Source of the DNA: Gammaproteobacteria bacterium
GTDB lineage: Bacteria > Pseudomonadota > Gammaproteobacteria > JABABF01
DNA length: 64,000 bases
Assembly: GCA_965237805.1 (NCBI GenBank)
Contig: OZ250153.1
Location: 1,408,001-1,472,000 of the forward strand
Reading direction: 5' to 3'
Under the pieces are notes generated by a model that saw nothing but the letters and a program-made list of their open reading frames with translations, ran no database searches and was not told where the DNA came from. The translations under genes and the position numbers were made by a program. This document shows positions 26,997-36,375 of this stretch, in pieces; the stretch's first letter is position 1; the number at the start of each line of letters is the position of its first letter.

Positions 26997-27487
26997 GTGG
27001 CGCACCGCCATCTCCCGCAGCTTTGGAGCTCGACCCCGAGCTGCGCTTTGCCATCGTCGCCGCCCGTTGGCACGCCGAACTGGTCGACAGCTTGCTGGCG
27101 GGGGCGCAGGACGCCTTTGACGAAGCCGGGGTGTCCGCCAATCGACTGCTACAGTGGCGGGTGCCCGGCAGCTTTGAGTTGCCGTTGGCCGCGCAGCGCT
27201 TGGCGCGAGCTGAGGGTGTGGCGGGGGTGGTGGCGTTGGGTGTCGTCGTGCGCGGCGCCACCCCCCATTTCGACTATGTCTGTCAGGCCTGTGTACAGGG
27301 TCTCACGCGTGTCGCTTTGGATTGCGATAGGCCGGTTGGTTGCGGTGTGATTACAGCCGATACCATTGATCAGGCGCGGCAGCGTGCCGGGTGGCGGCAG
27401 GACGGCAAGCGCTGGGTCTTTGCCCACCGCCACAACAAGGGTTGGGACGCCGCGCTGGCTGTTTTGGAACTGGTGGCTTTGTCATGA
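26993..27487 (+). CDS. ribH: 6,7-dimethyl-8-ribityllumazine synthase
   Basis: IVAARW, VPGSFELP, LGVVVRGATPHFDYV, NKGWDAA. Confidence 0.96.
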   Translation: MSGAPPSPAALELDPELRFAIVAARWHAELVDSLLAGAQDAFDEAGVSANRLLQWRVPGSFELPLAAQRLARAEGVAGVVALGVVVRGATPHFDYVCQACVQGLTRVALDCDRPVGCGVITADTIDQARQRAGWRQDGKRWVFAHRHNKGWDAALAVLELVALS

Positions 27488-27957
27488 CTGGGGCGGTGGG
27501 TCACGAGGCCGTGGCGATGCCAGCCGCACGTCGCCGGGCACGGCGCTGCGCTCTGCAGGCCATCTATCAGTGGCATTTCGGCGCTGCGGATATGGCGGAG
27601 ATCGAGCTTCCATTCCACGCTGATGCCAAGTCCACAAAGCATACCGATATGGTCTATTTTTCGCGGCTGGTGCACGGCGTCAGTGGCTCTTCAGCAGCGT
27701 TGGACCAATTGTTGCTCCCCTGCTTGGATCGCCCCTTGGCTCGGCTGAGTGTCATCGAGCACAGCCTGTTGCGCCTCGGTGCGTGGGAGCTGCAGCAGCC
27801 TGAACAGCCGTGGAAAGTAGTGATCGCCGAGGCAGTGCGCTTGGCGACGCAGTTCGGCGCGCCGGATGGGTACAAGTACATCAACGCCGTGCTCGACCGC
27901 TTGGTGCGCCAGCTGCGTCCCGAGCTGGGGGCACCGAGCGGGAAGCAGGGCGCGTAG
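27484..27957 (+). CDS. nusB: Transcription antitermination factor NusB
   Basis: RRRARRCALQAIYQW, LRLGAWEL, VVIAEAVRLA, YINAVLD. Confidence 0.95.
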   Translation: MTGAVGHEAVAMPAARRRARRCALQAIYQWHFGAADMAEIELPFHADAKSTKHTDMVYFSRLVHGVSGSSAALDQLLLPCLDRPLARLSVIEHSLLRLGAWELQQPEQPWKVVIAEAVRLATQFGAPDGYKYINAVLDRLVRQLRPELGAPSGKQGA

Positions 27958-28898
27958 TGACGACCGCTTCGCCATCTGAATTCGAGATTATCCGCCGTTA
28001 CTTTGCCCCTATAGGCGCGGCGGATATTGGCGAAGATTGCGCCTTGCTGGATGTCCCGTCCGGCAGTCGGCTGGCACTTTCCATCGATGCCCAGCTGGCT
28101 GATGTGCACTTTCCGGCCGCCGCCGAACCGGCGGCAATCGCCGGTAGAGCATTGCGCTGTGCGCTCAGCGATCTGGCAGCTGAAGCAGCCGATCCATTGG
28201 GTTTCCTGTTGGCGCTGTCGATGCCGCAGGCCGAGCCGCGCTGGCTTGAATCTTTTGCCGCTGGCCTGTCCGAGGCGGCTCGTTGCTGCGGTGCCGGTAG
28301 CCTGCTCGGCGGCGATCTGAGCCGCGGTCCGCTGGCGGTGACGGTGCAGGTGCTGGGTGCGCTACCGCCACACTTTCCGCGGCTGGCACGCTCGGTCGCA
28401 CGCGCCGGGGATGCCCTCTATGTCAGTGGTACACTCGGCGATGCGGCGGGGGGACTACAGCTGTTGCGGGACGGGGAAAGCGCCGTTGCGCGGCCCGCGT
28501 GGCAACGGCAACTGTTGCAACGCTACTGGCGGCCTGAGCCGCGCCTCGCCCTCGGCCAGGCGTTGCGCGGCGTGGCACGCGCTGCCATCGATCTGTCCGA
28601 TGGCCTGCTGGCCGATTTGAGGCACCTCGCCATCGCCAGTGGGGTGCGCGTCGAGGTGGAGCCAGAGCGCTTGCCGATCTCCACCGCCCTGCGTCAATTG
28701 TGCGGCGATCCCGAGCGGCTTGCGCTCAGCGGCGGCGATGACTATGAGCTGTGTTTTAGCGCTGCTCCCAGCACGGTACCCGCAACGCTGGCTGGTGTGC
28801 CCTGCACGTGTATCGGCCAACTGAGCCACGGTGCGCCGCAGGTGCTTTGTGCCGGTGTCGACATCGGGGACGGGGACGGTGGCTGGCGACATTTCTAA
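27957..28898 (+). CDS. thiL: Thiamine-monophosphate kinase
   Basis: EFEIIRRYF, IGEDCA, SDLAA, GGD, IDLSDGL, GGDDYEL, GWRHF. Confidence 0.94.
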   Translation: MTTASPSEFEIIRRYFAPIGAADIGEDCALLDVPSGSRLALSIDAQLADVHFPAAAEPAAIAGRALRCALSDLAAEAADPLGFLLALSMPQAEPRWLESFAAGLSEAARCCGAGSLLGGDLSRGPLAVTVQVLGALPPHFPRLARSVARAGDALYVSGTLGDAAGGLQLLRDGESAVARPAWQRQLLQRYWRPEPRLALGQALRGVARAAIDLSDGLLADLRHLAIASGVRVEVEPERLPISTALRQLCGDPERLALSGGDDYELCFSAAPSTVPATLAGVPCTCIGQLSHGAPQVLCAGVDIGDGDGGWRHF

Positions 28899-29364
28899 GC
28901 CAGCTTCGCATTTGCTCGCCGACCCGCTGGTGCTGGTGGCCTGCGGCTTCGGCAGTGGTTTGTCGCCGCTGGCCCCGGGCACGGTCGGCACATTGGCTGC
29001 GGCGGCTCTCTACCTGCTACTGCCGGAGGCTGTGGCACCGGCCTTGCTGTGGGGACTGCTGGCGGTTGCGCTACTCGCGGGCATCCCGCTGTGTGAGCAT
29101 GCGGCGCGGCGCTTCGGTGGGGATGACCCGGCCGCCATCGTGTGGGATGAATGGGTTGGCTGTTGGCTCGCATTGGCACTGGCACCGACCGGTTGGCATT
29201 GGCTACTGGCCACCGTCGCGCTGTTCCGCCTGCTCGATATTCTCAAGCCTTGGCCGATCAGCTATTTGGATCGCCTCCACGGCGGCGTCGGTATCATGCT
29301 CGACGATGCCCTCGCCGGCCTGTTTGCTGGCGGTGCGCTGAGCTTGGTGGCATTGTTTATTTGA
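28879..29364 (+). CDS. pgpA: Phosphatidylglycerophosphatase A
   Basis: GFGSGLSPLAPGTVGT, DPAAIVWDEWVG, FRLLDILKPWPI, GIMLDD. Confidence 0.95.
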   Translation: MAGDISKPASHLLADPLVLVACGFGSGLSPLAPGTVGTLAAAALYLLLPEAVAPALLWGLLAVALLAGIPLCEHAARRFGGDDPAAIVWDEWVGCWLALALAPTGWHWLLATVALFRLLDILKPWPISYLDRLHGGVGIMLDDALAGLFAGGALSLVALFI

Positions 29365-29439
29365 TGCCAGCACGCCGCCGTGGCGCTGTCCGGGCTTAGC
29401 GGCACTGCTACGCCTATAATTTGAGGCATTAAATTGGGG

Positions 29440-30708
29440 ATGACGATGATGAATATCGGCCAGTACATGCGGGATATGGGCAAGGCAGCTCGCCGTGCGG
29501 CCGAGCGCGTGGCCTTTGCCCCGGTGGCCGAGCGCAATTTGGCGTTGCACTCGGCTGCTGGGGCTCTGCGTACCGCCGAAGCTGAGCTGCTTGCAGCGAA
29601 CCAGCGCGATTTGGAGTCTGCGCGACAGAGTGAATTGGCCCCTGCGCTACGCGAGCGTTTGGAGTTGAACTCCGATCGCGTCGAGGCGATGGCAGTTGGT
29701 TTGGAGCAGGTGGCCGCGCTACCCGACCCGGTCGGCGCGGTCAGCGATCTGCGCAGTCAGCCTTCGGGGATCAGGGTCGGTCGTATGCGGGTGCCGCTCG
29801 GTGTCATCGGCATCATCTACGAATCGCGCCCGAATGTGACGGCGGATGCCGCTGCGCTGTGTCTGAAGTCTGGCAATGCCGTCATTTTGCGCGGTGGTAG
29901 CGAGTCCGTGCAATCCAATTTAGCCATCGCCACTTGCCTGCACCGCGGCTTGGCTGCCGCCAGCTTGCCCGAGCATGCCGTGCAGGTGGTAGCGCACAGC
30001 GACCGCGCTGCTGTCGGCGAACTACTCGGTCTATCGGAGTATGTCGATATGATTGTCCCGCGCGGTGGCCGCGGCCTGATCGAGCGTGTCAATGCCAGCA
30101 CACGCATCCCGGTGCTCAGCCACTTGGACGGGATATGCCATGTCTATCTGGACGATGCGGCCGATCCCGAGCGGGCGCAGGCCATTGCCCTCAACGCCAA
30201 GACGCAGCGCTACGGGGTCTGCAATGCGATGGAGACGCTGTTGGTGGCGCAGAGCGTCGCTCGGCAGCTGTTGGTGCCGCTGGGAGCAGCCTACCGGGAG
30301 GCTGGGGTCGAGCTGCGCGCCTGTCCCGCCGCACGTGAGCTGCTCGGCCCGGGCACCATCGCTGCCAGCGAAGCGGATTGGTCCACCGAATATTTGGCAC
30401 CGGTACTGTCGGTGCGTGTGGTCGCGGGCTTGGAAGAGGCGATAGCACACATCAACCGCTACGGTTCGGCGCATACCGATTGCATCGTGACCGAGCATCA
30501 GGATCGGGCGTGGGAGTTTCTGCGCCGGGTGGATTCCGGCTCAGTGCTGGTCAATGCCTCGACCCGCTTTGCCGATGGCTTCGAGTATGGCCTCGGAGCC
30601 GAGATCGGCATCTCGACTGACAAGTTGCACGCCCGCGGCCCGGTCGGGCTCGAAGGGTTGACCAGCTCTAAGTTTATCGTGCTGGGCGACGGTCAAGTGC
30701 GGTGTTGA
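29440..30708 (+). CDS. proA: Gamma-glutamyl phosphate reductase
   Basis: [48 protein letters not shown]. Confidence 0.97.
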   Translation: MTMMNIGQYMRDMGKAARRAAERVAFAPVAERNLALHSAAGALRTAEAELLAANQRDLESARQSELAPALRERLELNSDRVEAMAVGLEQVAALPDPVGAVSDLRSQPSGIRVGRMRVPLGVIGIIYESRPNVTADAAALCLKSGNAVILRGGSESVQSNLAIATCLHRGLAAASLPEHAVQVVAHSDRAAVGELLGLSEYVDMIVPRGGRGLIERVNASTRIPVLSHLDGICHVYLDDAADPERAQAIALNAKTQRYGVCNAMETLLVAQSVARQLLVPLGAAYREAGVELRACPAARELLGPGTIAASEADWSTEYLAPVLSVRVVAGLEEAIAHINRYGSAHTDCIVTEHQDRAWEFLRRVDSGSVLVNASTRFADGFEYGLGAEIGISTDKLHARGPVGLEGLTSSKFIVLGDGQVRC

Positions 30709-31427
30709 CTGGCGGGTGCGCACGGCGCGGTGGCGTGCCCACAATCGCCGCCGTGCTCGGCGGCACCTTTGATCCGGTGCACAACGGACACACCGGCCTC
30801 GCCACCGCATTGCGACAGGCTTTGGCACCGGCACAGCTGTGGTTGATGCCCTGTCACGAGCCGCCGCATCGCGCACCGCCGCAGGCCACGCCGCGCCAGC
30901 GCTTGGCGATGCTCCGCTTGGCTGTCGGCGATGGTGTGGATGCTGTTGGCATCGACCCGCGGGAAGTGTGCCGTCGCGGTGTTTCGTGGACAGTCGACAG
31001 CCTGCGCGAATATCGCGCCGAGTGCGGTGCATCGGTGCCGCTGGCCTTGGTGATTGGCAGCGATGCCTTAGCGGAGATCCACAGCTGGCACGATTGGCCC
31101 GCGCTGCTGGACTGTGCGCATCTCGTCGTGGTGCCGCGTCCTGGTGTCGATGCCATGGTATCCGGCAGTGTGGCAGCGGAACTGTTGCGCACACGCGGTG
31201 TACGACGCGGTCGGGAGCTGGCCGAGCAGCCCTCGGGGCTGCTGTGGTGGGGCGAGGAGCTGCCGCGGTGGCCGCAATCGTCCACCTCGGTGCGGGTGGC
31301 AGTTGCCGCTGGCGAGCGGCCGGAGGGTGTGGCAGAGCTGGTGTGGCGCTACATCCGTCGCTCGCAGCTCTACCGTTCCGGCTCGGGGGCATCGTCCGGG
31401 GGAGGCGCATTTCGTGCAGCCCGATAA
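30705..31427 (+). CDS. nadD: Nicotinate-nucleotide adenylyltransferase
   Basis: [30 protein letters not shown]; start could also be GTG 30735. Confidence 0.93.
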   Translation: MTGGCARRGGVPTIAAVLGGTFDPVHNGHTGLATALRQALAPAQLWLMPCHEPPHRAPPQATPRQRLAMLRLAVGDGVDAVGIDPREVCRRGVSWTVDSLREYRAECGASVPLALVIGSDALAEIHSWHDWPALLDCAHLVVVPRPGVDAMVSGSVAAELLRTRGVRRGRELAEQPSGLLWWGEELPRWPQSSTSVRVAVAAGERPEGVAELVWRYIRRSQLYRSGSGASSGGGAFRAAR

Positions 31428-31764
31428 ATTGAGTGCTGCACTTTGCGAGCTCTTGGAAGATGTGCGCGGGCGCGATGTCGTGGCGCTGGATATCCAGCCA
31501 CTGAGCCAGATCGCCGATTATTTTGTGATCGCGTCGGGCACGTCGTCGCGCCATGTGCGCACCCTCGCCGAGCGCGTCTTGGATCGCGTCGGCGAGATCA
31601 AGCTGCGGCCGCTGGGTGTCGAGGGCTTGGGGGACGGCGACTGGGTGCTACTCGATCTGGGGGCGGTAGTGGTGCACTTGATGTCGGTCGATGCGCGTGC
31701 CCACTACCGGCTCGAAGAGCTGTGGGACAGCGCTGAATGGCTGGCTGGGGATGGCAGTGATTGA
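31414..31764 (+). CDS. rsfS: Ribosome silencing factor RsfS
   Basis: ADYFVIASGTSSRHV, WVLLDLG, YRLEELW; GGAGG RBS. Confidence 0.95.
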   Translation: MQPDKLSAALCELLEDVRGRDVVALDIQPLSQIADYFVIASGTSSRHVRTLAERVLDRVGEIKLRPLGVEGLGDGDWVLLDLGAVVVHLMSVDARAHYRLEELWDSAEWLAGDGSD

Positions 31765-31883
31765 GCGGGGCGCACTACCCATAGGTAGCTCGCGCCGCTC
31801 CCATGCTATTATTTGGCTTGCTGATATATTGCTTATATGGTTGTATGGCGGTCGCCCTCTGGTTACCCCTGACCCAATTTCAG

Positions 31884-32939
31884 ATGCCCAGCCTTAGGAA
31901 CCGAATCGTTCTTGCGGCTTTATTGCCGCTGTCTTTTGCCCTGTGGGTTCCCGTCGCTGTGGGGAATGCCCAAGCGCAAGACGATGCAGCAGTGGCGGTC
32001 GCCCCCTATTTGGAGCGCCCAGCTGTGCAAATCTTTATCGCCCGCATGGTGGTGGAGCATGACTTTGAGCGGGAGGCGCTGAGCGAGTTGTTGGGGGGGG
32101 TGACAACACAGCACAAGGTACTGGCTTCGCTGATGCGGCCAGTAGAGAAAACTTGGGAGTGGCACGAGTACCGCCGCCTATTCGTCAAGCCAGAGCGCAT
32201 TGCCGCCAGTCTCGAGTTTTGGCGACAGCACTATGTGCCCTTAGAACTCGCCCGGTGTCGTTTTGGCGTGTCGCCCGAGGTGGTGCTGTCGATCCTGGGG
32301 ATCGAGAGCCGTTACGGCAAGTACAAGGGCCGCTACTCGGTCTTGGATTCCTTGGTCACCTTGGCCTTTGATGCCCCGCGGCGCTCGCGCTTTTTCCGCC
32401 GCGAGCTGGAGCAATACCTGTTGTTGGTGCGCGAGCAGGGTTTCGATGCGACCGCTGTACTCGGTTCCTATGCTGGTGCTATGGGTTATGGTCAGTTCAT
32501 CCCCAGCAGCTATCGCCACTACGCCATCGATTTCGATGGCGACAATGTCGTCGATCTGCTCGACAATCCCATCGATGCCATCGGCAGCATCGCCAACTAT
32601 TTGTCGAAGAATGGTTGGCGACGCGACGACAAGTTGGTGGCGGTGCCCGCCACGGTGAGCGAGGGGGCGGAGCTGTCGCTGGCCAATCGTTCGCTGCGTC
32701 CTCAGCAGACGGTGGCCGCTTTGGCGCAGGCGGGTTTCAAGCCGAGCCAGCCCTTGGATGCGGAGCGCAAGGCGACCCCGCTGCGCTACCAGTTAGAGGA
32801 TGGCGAGGAATACTGGCTCGGCCTACACAATTTCCACGCGATCAGTACCTATAACCCCAGTCGTCTCTACACCATGGCTGTCTTTCAGTTGGCGCGTGAG
32901 ATCGCTGCGGCGCGCCGTGTCGAGGAAGCGGCGCACTGA
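31884..32939 (+). CDS. mltB: Lytic murein transglycosylase B
   Basis: GIESRYG, LVTLAF, GSYAGAMGYGQFIPSSY, DFDGD (EF-hand), SIANYL, YNPSRLY. Confidence 0.94.
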   Translation: MPSLRNRIVLAALLPLSFALWVPVAVGNAQAQDDAAVAVAPYLERPAVQIFIARMVVEHDFEREALSELLGGVTTQHKVLASLMRPVEKTWEWHEYRRLFVKPERIAASLEFWRQHYVPLELARCRFGVSPEVVLSILGIESRYGKYKGRYSVLDSLVTLAFDAPRRSRFFRRELEQYLLLVREQGFDATAVLGSYAGAMGYGQFIPSSYRHYAIDFDGDNVVDLLDNPIDAIGSIANYLSKNGWRRDDKLVAVPATVSEGAELSLANRSLRPQQTVAALAQAGFKPSQPLDAERKATPLRYQLEDGEEYWLGLHNFHAISTYNPSRLYTMAVFQLAREIAAARRVEEAAH

Positions 32940-34144
32940 TGATGTCCCGCCCCGCTATCTCGCTCCTGTGTGCGCTGAGTCTGCTGACTTGGGGGTCGCC
33001 CGCCCGCGCCCAAAGCGATGGCGAGTCTTTGTTGCCGGTGCCAGCACCACCGACACTCAGCGCCAAAGCCTATATCCTCATCGTCGCTGAGACTGGCCGC
33101 GTGCTGGTGGAGCATCAGGCCGACAAGCGCTTGCCTCCCGCCAGCTTGACCAAGATCATGACCAGTTATGTGTTGTCCAAATACTTGGTCGAGGACATCG
33201 TGTCGCCCGATGATATCGTGCAGGTCAGCTCCCGGGCTTGGGCGCAGAATCCGTTGTTCCGCGGCTCTTCGCGTATGTTCATTGAGCCATCCAAGCCGGT
33301 TAGCATCGCCGACCTGCATCGCGGTATTGTCATCAGCTCGGGTAACGATGCCAGTATGGCTGTTGCCGAGTACTTGGCAGATACCGAGGAGCAGTTTGCG
33401 GAATTGATGAATCAGTCAGCGCGTGCCTTGGGCATGTCCGACACCCGCTTCGCCAACAGCCACGGGCTGTCCGCTCCCCAGCACTACAGCTCGCCCCGGG
33501 ATCTGGCGACTCTGTCCTTGGCGATCATCAAGCAATATCCGGAGCAGTACCAACTATATAAAGAGCGCAGCTTCACCTACAACGGCATCAAACAGCGCAA
33601 CCGCAACCGCCTGCTGTGGGAGCGGCTCGGCGTCGACGGCTTGAAGACTGGCTACACCACCAGCGCTGGCTACTCGCTGGCCAGCTCGGCAAGCCGTCAC
33701 AATATGCGCTTGGTGGCGGTGGTGATGCAGGCGAAGAATGAGAACGCTCGTCTGCGCGACTCTCGCCGTCTGCTCAACTACGGTTTTCGCTACTACCAGA
33801 ACCGCTGGCTATTGCGCCGCGACCGGGATCAGATATTGCACCGGGTGCAGGTACTGGGAGGTGACCGCGGGCAGCTGCCGCTGGTGGCATCCTTGAATAT
33901 ATTGCGCACTTTGCCCAAGGAGAGTGCCGAGAATTTGCGGCGTGAAATCGAGGTGCCAGAGTACGTGCTGGCACCGTTGGCGCGCGGTGCGCAGGTCGGT
34001 CGTGTGGTGATCAAAGTCGGCGGACAACAATTGGCCGAGTCGCCGCTGTTGGCGGCGGTCGCGGTGCGTCCTTCGCCGATCTGGTGGCAGCGGATGTGGG
34101 CCCCGTTGCAGCTGCGTCTTTTGCGCTGGTGGCGGGATGGTTGA
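32939..34144 (+). CDS. dacA: D-alanyl-D-alanine carboxypeptidase (PBP5 family)
   Basis: PASLTKIMT (SxxK), SGNDA (SxN), DGLKTGYT (KTG). Confidence 0.93.
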   Translation: MMSRPAISLLCALSLLTWGSPARAQSDGESLLPVPAPPTLSAKAYILIVAETGRVLVEHQADKRLPPASLTKIMTSYVLSKYLVEDIVSPDDIVQVSSRAWAQNPLFRGSSRMFIEPSKPVSIADLHRGIVISSGNDASMAVAEYLADTEEQFAELMNQSARALGMSDTRFANSHGLSAPQHYSSPRDLATLSLAIIKQYPEQYQLYKERSFTYNGIKQRNRNRLLWERLGVDGLKTGYTTSAGYSLASSASRHNMRLVAVVMQAKNENARLRDSRRLLNYGFRYYQNRWLLRRDRDQILHRVQVLGGDRGQLPLVASLNILRTLPKESAENLRREIEVPEYVLAPLARGAQVGRVVIKVGGQQLAESPLLAAVAVRPSPIWWQRMWAPLQLRLLRWWRDG

Positions 34145-34820
34145 GTACCCCGTGCCACAGCCGGGCGAGGGGCGCTGTCTGCGCGGTATTTTTCTCGGTC
34201 GCGTGCCCTATGCTGGAGCTTGGCATGCGATGCGGCAGTTCACCGAGCGGCGCGACGACTCGACTCAAGATCAGCTGTGGTGCCTTGAGCATGAGCCGGT
34301 CTTCACGCGCGGGATATCGCACCGCGGTCGTGCGGATACGGCGCGCGATGCCGGTGCCATCCCGACGGTGCAGAGCGACCGCGGCGGGCGGCTGAGCTAT
34401 CACGGTCCCGGCCAGCTGCTCGGTTATCTGTTGCTTGATTTGCGGCGTTTGGGTCTGAGCATCAGGAGTTTGGTCACGGCGGTGGAAGGCAGCGTGATCG
34501 GTTTGTTGCAACGCGATTGGCGACTTTGTGCCCAAGGAGATCGCAGCCGTCCCGGGGTCTATGTGGCTGAGGCCAAGATCGCATCCTTGGGGCTCAGGGT
34601 GAAGCGTGGCTGTTGCTATCATGGGTGTAGCCTCAATGTGGATGTCGATCTTGATCCTTTCTCGCGCATCGACCCCTGTGGTGAGCCGGATCTGGCCGTG
34701 ACCTCGCTCCGCCGCCTGCTCGGTTCCCAAGCCGATTTGAGATTGCCACCTTTGGCGCATCGCTGGGGCGCGACCTTGGCCAAGCAGCTCGGCTACGAGG
34801 CATTGCGATGGACTCCGTAG
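34137..34820 (+). CDS. lipB: Octanoyltransferase
   Basis: [44 protein letters not shown]. Confidence 0.96.
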   Translation: MVEYPVPQPGEGRCLRGIFLGRVPYAGAWHAMRQFTERRDDSTQDQLWCLEHEPVFTRGISHRGRADTARDAGAIPTVQSDRGGRLSYHGPGQLLGYLLLDLRRLGLSIRSLVTAVEGSVIGLLQRDWRLCAQGDRSRPGVYVAEAKIASLGLRVKRGCCYHGCSLNVDVDLDPFSRIDPCGEPDLAVTSLRRLLGSQADLRLPPLAHRWGATLAKQLGYEALRWTP

Positions 34821-35770
34821 CTGGCAGGCGCCGCCGGCTGGCGGTCGGCGAGAAGCAGCGTGGAGCCGACAAGGTGTGGCGCATCGCGGCCACCCAGCTG
34901 CCAGCTCCGCGCCGCAAGCCGGATTGGATACGGGTGCGGCTGACGGCTTCACCCAAGGTGGCCGCAGTGCGTGCCGTGTTGCGGCGCCACCATTTGGCCT
35001 CGGTCTGTGAGGAGGCTCAGTGTCCCAATCTGGGCGAGTGCTTCGGTGCTGGTACGGCGACCTTCATGGTGATGGGGGACATCTGCACCCGCCGTTGTGC
35101 TTTCTGCGATGTGGCGCATGGCAAGCCCTTGCCGCTGTCATCTGAGGAGCCGGACAAGCTGGCAGCAGCGGTCGCCGAGATGGGCTTGTCCTATGTGGTG
35201 ATCACCTCGGTGGATCGGGACGATTTGCCGGATGGTGGCGCGGCACATATCGCCGCCTGTGTGCGCGCTGTGCGTGCGCGCTGTCCGGGCATCCGCGTCG
35301 AGACCTTGGTGCCGGATTTCCGCAACTGCATGGAGCGGGCGCTACCGCTGTTGACGACCGCGCCGCCCGATGTCTTCAACCACAACTTAGAGACTGTCCC
35401 CTCACTCTATCGCAGTGTGCGACCCGGGGCGCGCTACTTGCATTCGCTATCCCTGTTGGCGGAGCATCGGCGGCGTTGTCCTGAGGTGCCGACCAAGTCC
35501 GGATTGATGTTGGGTTTGGGGGAGCGAGCTGAAGAAGTGCGAGAGGTGTTGGCCGAGCTGCGCCATCACGGTGTTGAGATGCTGACTTTGGGGCAGTACC
35601 TGCAGCCCAGCTGCCATCATTTGGCGGTGCAACGCTACCTGCCGCCCGAGGAGTTTGCCGACTTGGAGCACACGGCGCAGCAGCTGGGATTCAAACAGGT
35701 GGCCAGCGGCCCGTTGGTGCGTTCCTCATACCACGCCGATCGCCAAGCTGGCTTCGCTCAGGCGGGCTGA
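34808..35770 (+). CDS. lipA: Lipoyl synthase
   Basis: [44 protein letters not shown]. Confidence 0.98.
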   Translation: MDSVAGRRRRLAVGEKQRGADKVWRIAATQLPAPRRKPDWIRVRLTASPKVAAVRAVLRRHHLASVCEEAQCPNLGECFGAGTATFMVMGDICTRRCAFCDVAHGKPLPLSSEEPDKLAAAVAEMGLSYVVITSVDRDDLPDGGAAHIAACVRAVRARCPGIRVETLVPDFRNCMERALPLLTTAPPDVFNHNLETVPSLYRSVRPGARYLHSLSLLAEHRRRCPEVPTKSGLMLGLGERAEEVREVLAELRHHGVEMLTLGQYLQPSCHHLAVQRYLPPEEFADLEHTAQQLGFKQVASGPLVRSSYHADRQAGFAQAG

Positions 35771-35850
35771 GATAGCGCATGCCTTCGGTGCTGGTGCTCT
35801 AAGACCCTCGTCGGCTACAGTAGGGTCCGTTATCTGGGAGCCAGACGCAC

Positions 35851-35879
35851 TTGACAATGGTTCTCCTTTAGCATATATT
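35851..35879 (+). promoter_or_regulatory. Sigma70 promoter of feoAB with overlapping Fur-box-like site
   Basis: TTGACA (35851-35856), 17 bp, TATATT (35874-35879); GACAATGGTTCTCCTTTAG matches 11 of 19 positions of the Fur consensus GATAATGATAATCATTATC. Confidence 0.7.
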
Positions 35880-35916
35880 CACTCCAGCACAGCTGTTGCA
35901 TCTGTTGAGAGATCCC

Positions 35917-36150
35917 ATGTCTGACCTTCAAAGCGTTGCCATTGGCCAAGAATTTTCCTTGCTCGGTTATCTGCCGGCTTTCGCCGAGGCGGGGCTATTG
36001 CGTGACATGGGCTTGATAGAGGGTGCGCACTTCACGGTGTGCCGTTGTGCGCCCGCTCACCACGGCGGTATGGTGGTGCGTGTCGGCCGCCGCATGATAG
36101 GCCTTGGTCGCCACGCGAAGAAGAGTCTATTAGTGGCCAGTGTGTCCTGA
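35917..36150 (+). CDS. feoA: Ferrous iron transport protein A
   Basis: LRDMGLIEGA, AP..GGMVVRVG; located upstream of feoB. Confidence 0.85.
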   Translation: MSDLQSVAIGQEFSLLGYLPAFAEAGLLRDMGLIEGAHFTVCRCAPAHHGGMVVRVGRRMIGLGRHAKKSLLVASVS

Positions 36151-36375
36151 TGCCAATGGCGCTGGCGCGCCACATCGCCGTGCCCCATTCCCTGCACCTA
36201 GTTAGCAGCTTGGCACATCTTTTCTAGGCAGCTTTGGCTCCGCCTCTGAGCGCCGCGAGGCCCCTGTGTCCGACCTTTACAGACAAGTCCGTCGCCTTGA
36301 GACCCCGCGGTACTTCGATGCACCCGCACGCTCCCGCCGTTGGCAGTTGGCCTGTGGCGACGGCGAGCAACACTG

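Noticed and set aside
32093-32100. G8 run in mltB
   Set aside because: In-frame Leu-Gly-Gly-Val codons in a GC-rich housekeeping gene; no reason to infer phase variation.
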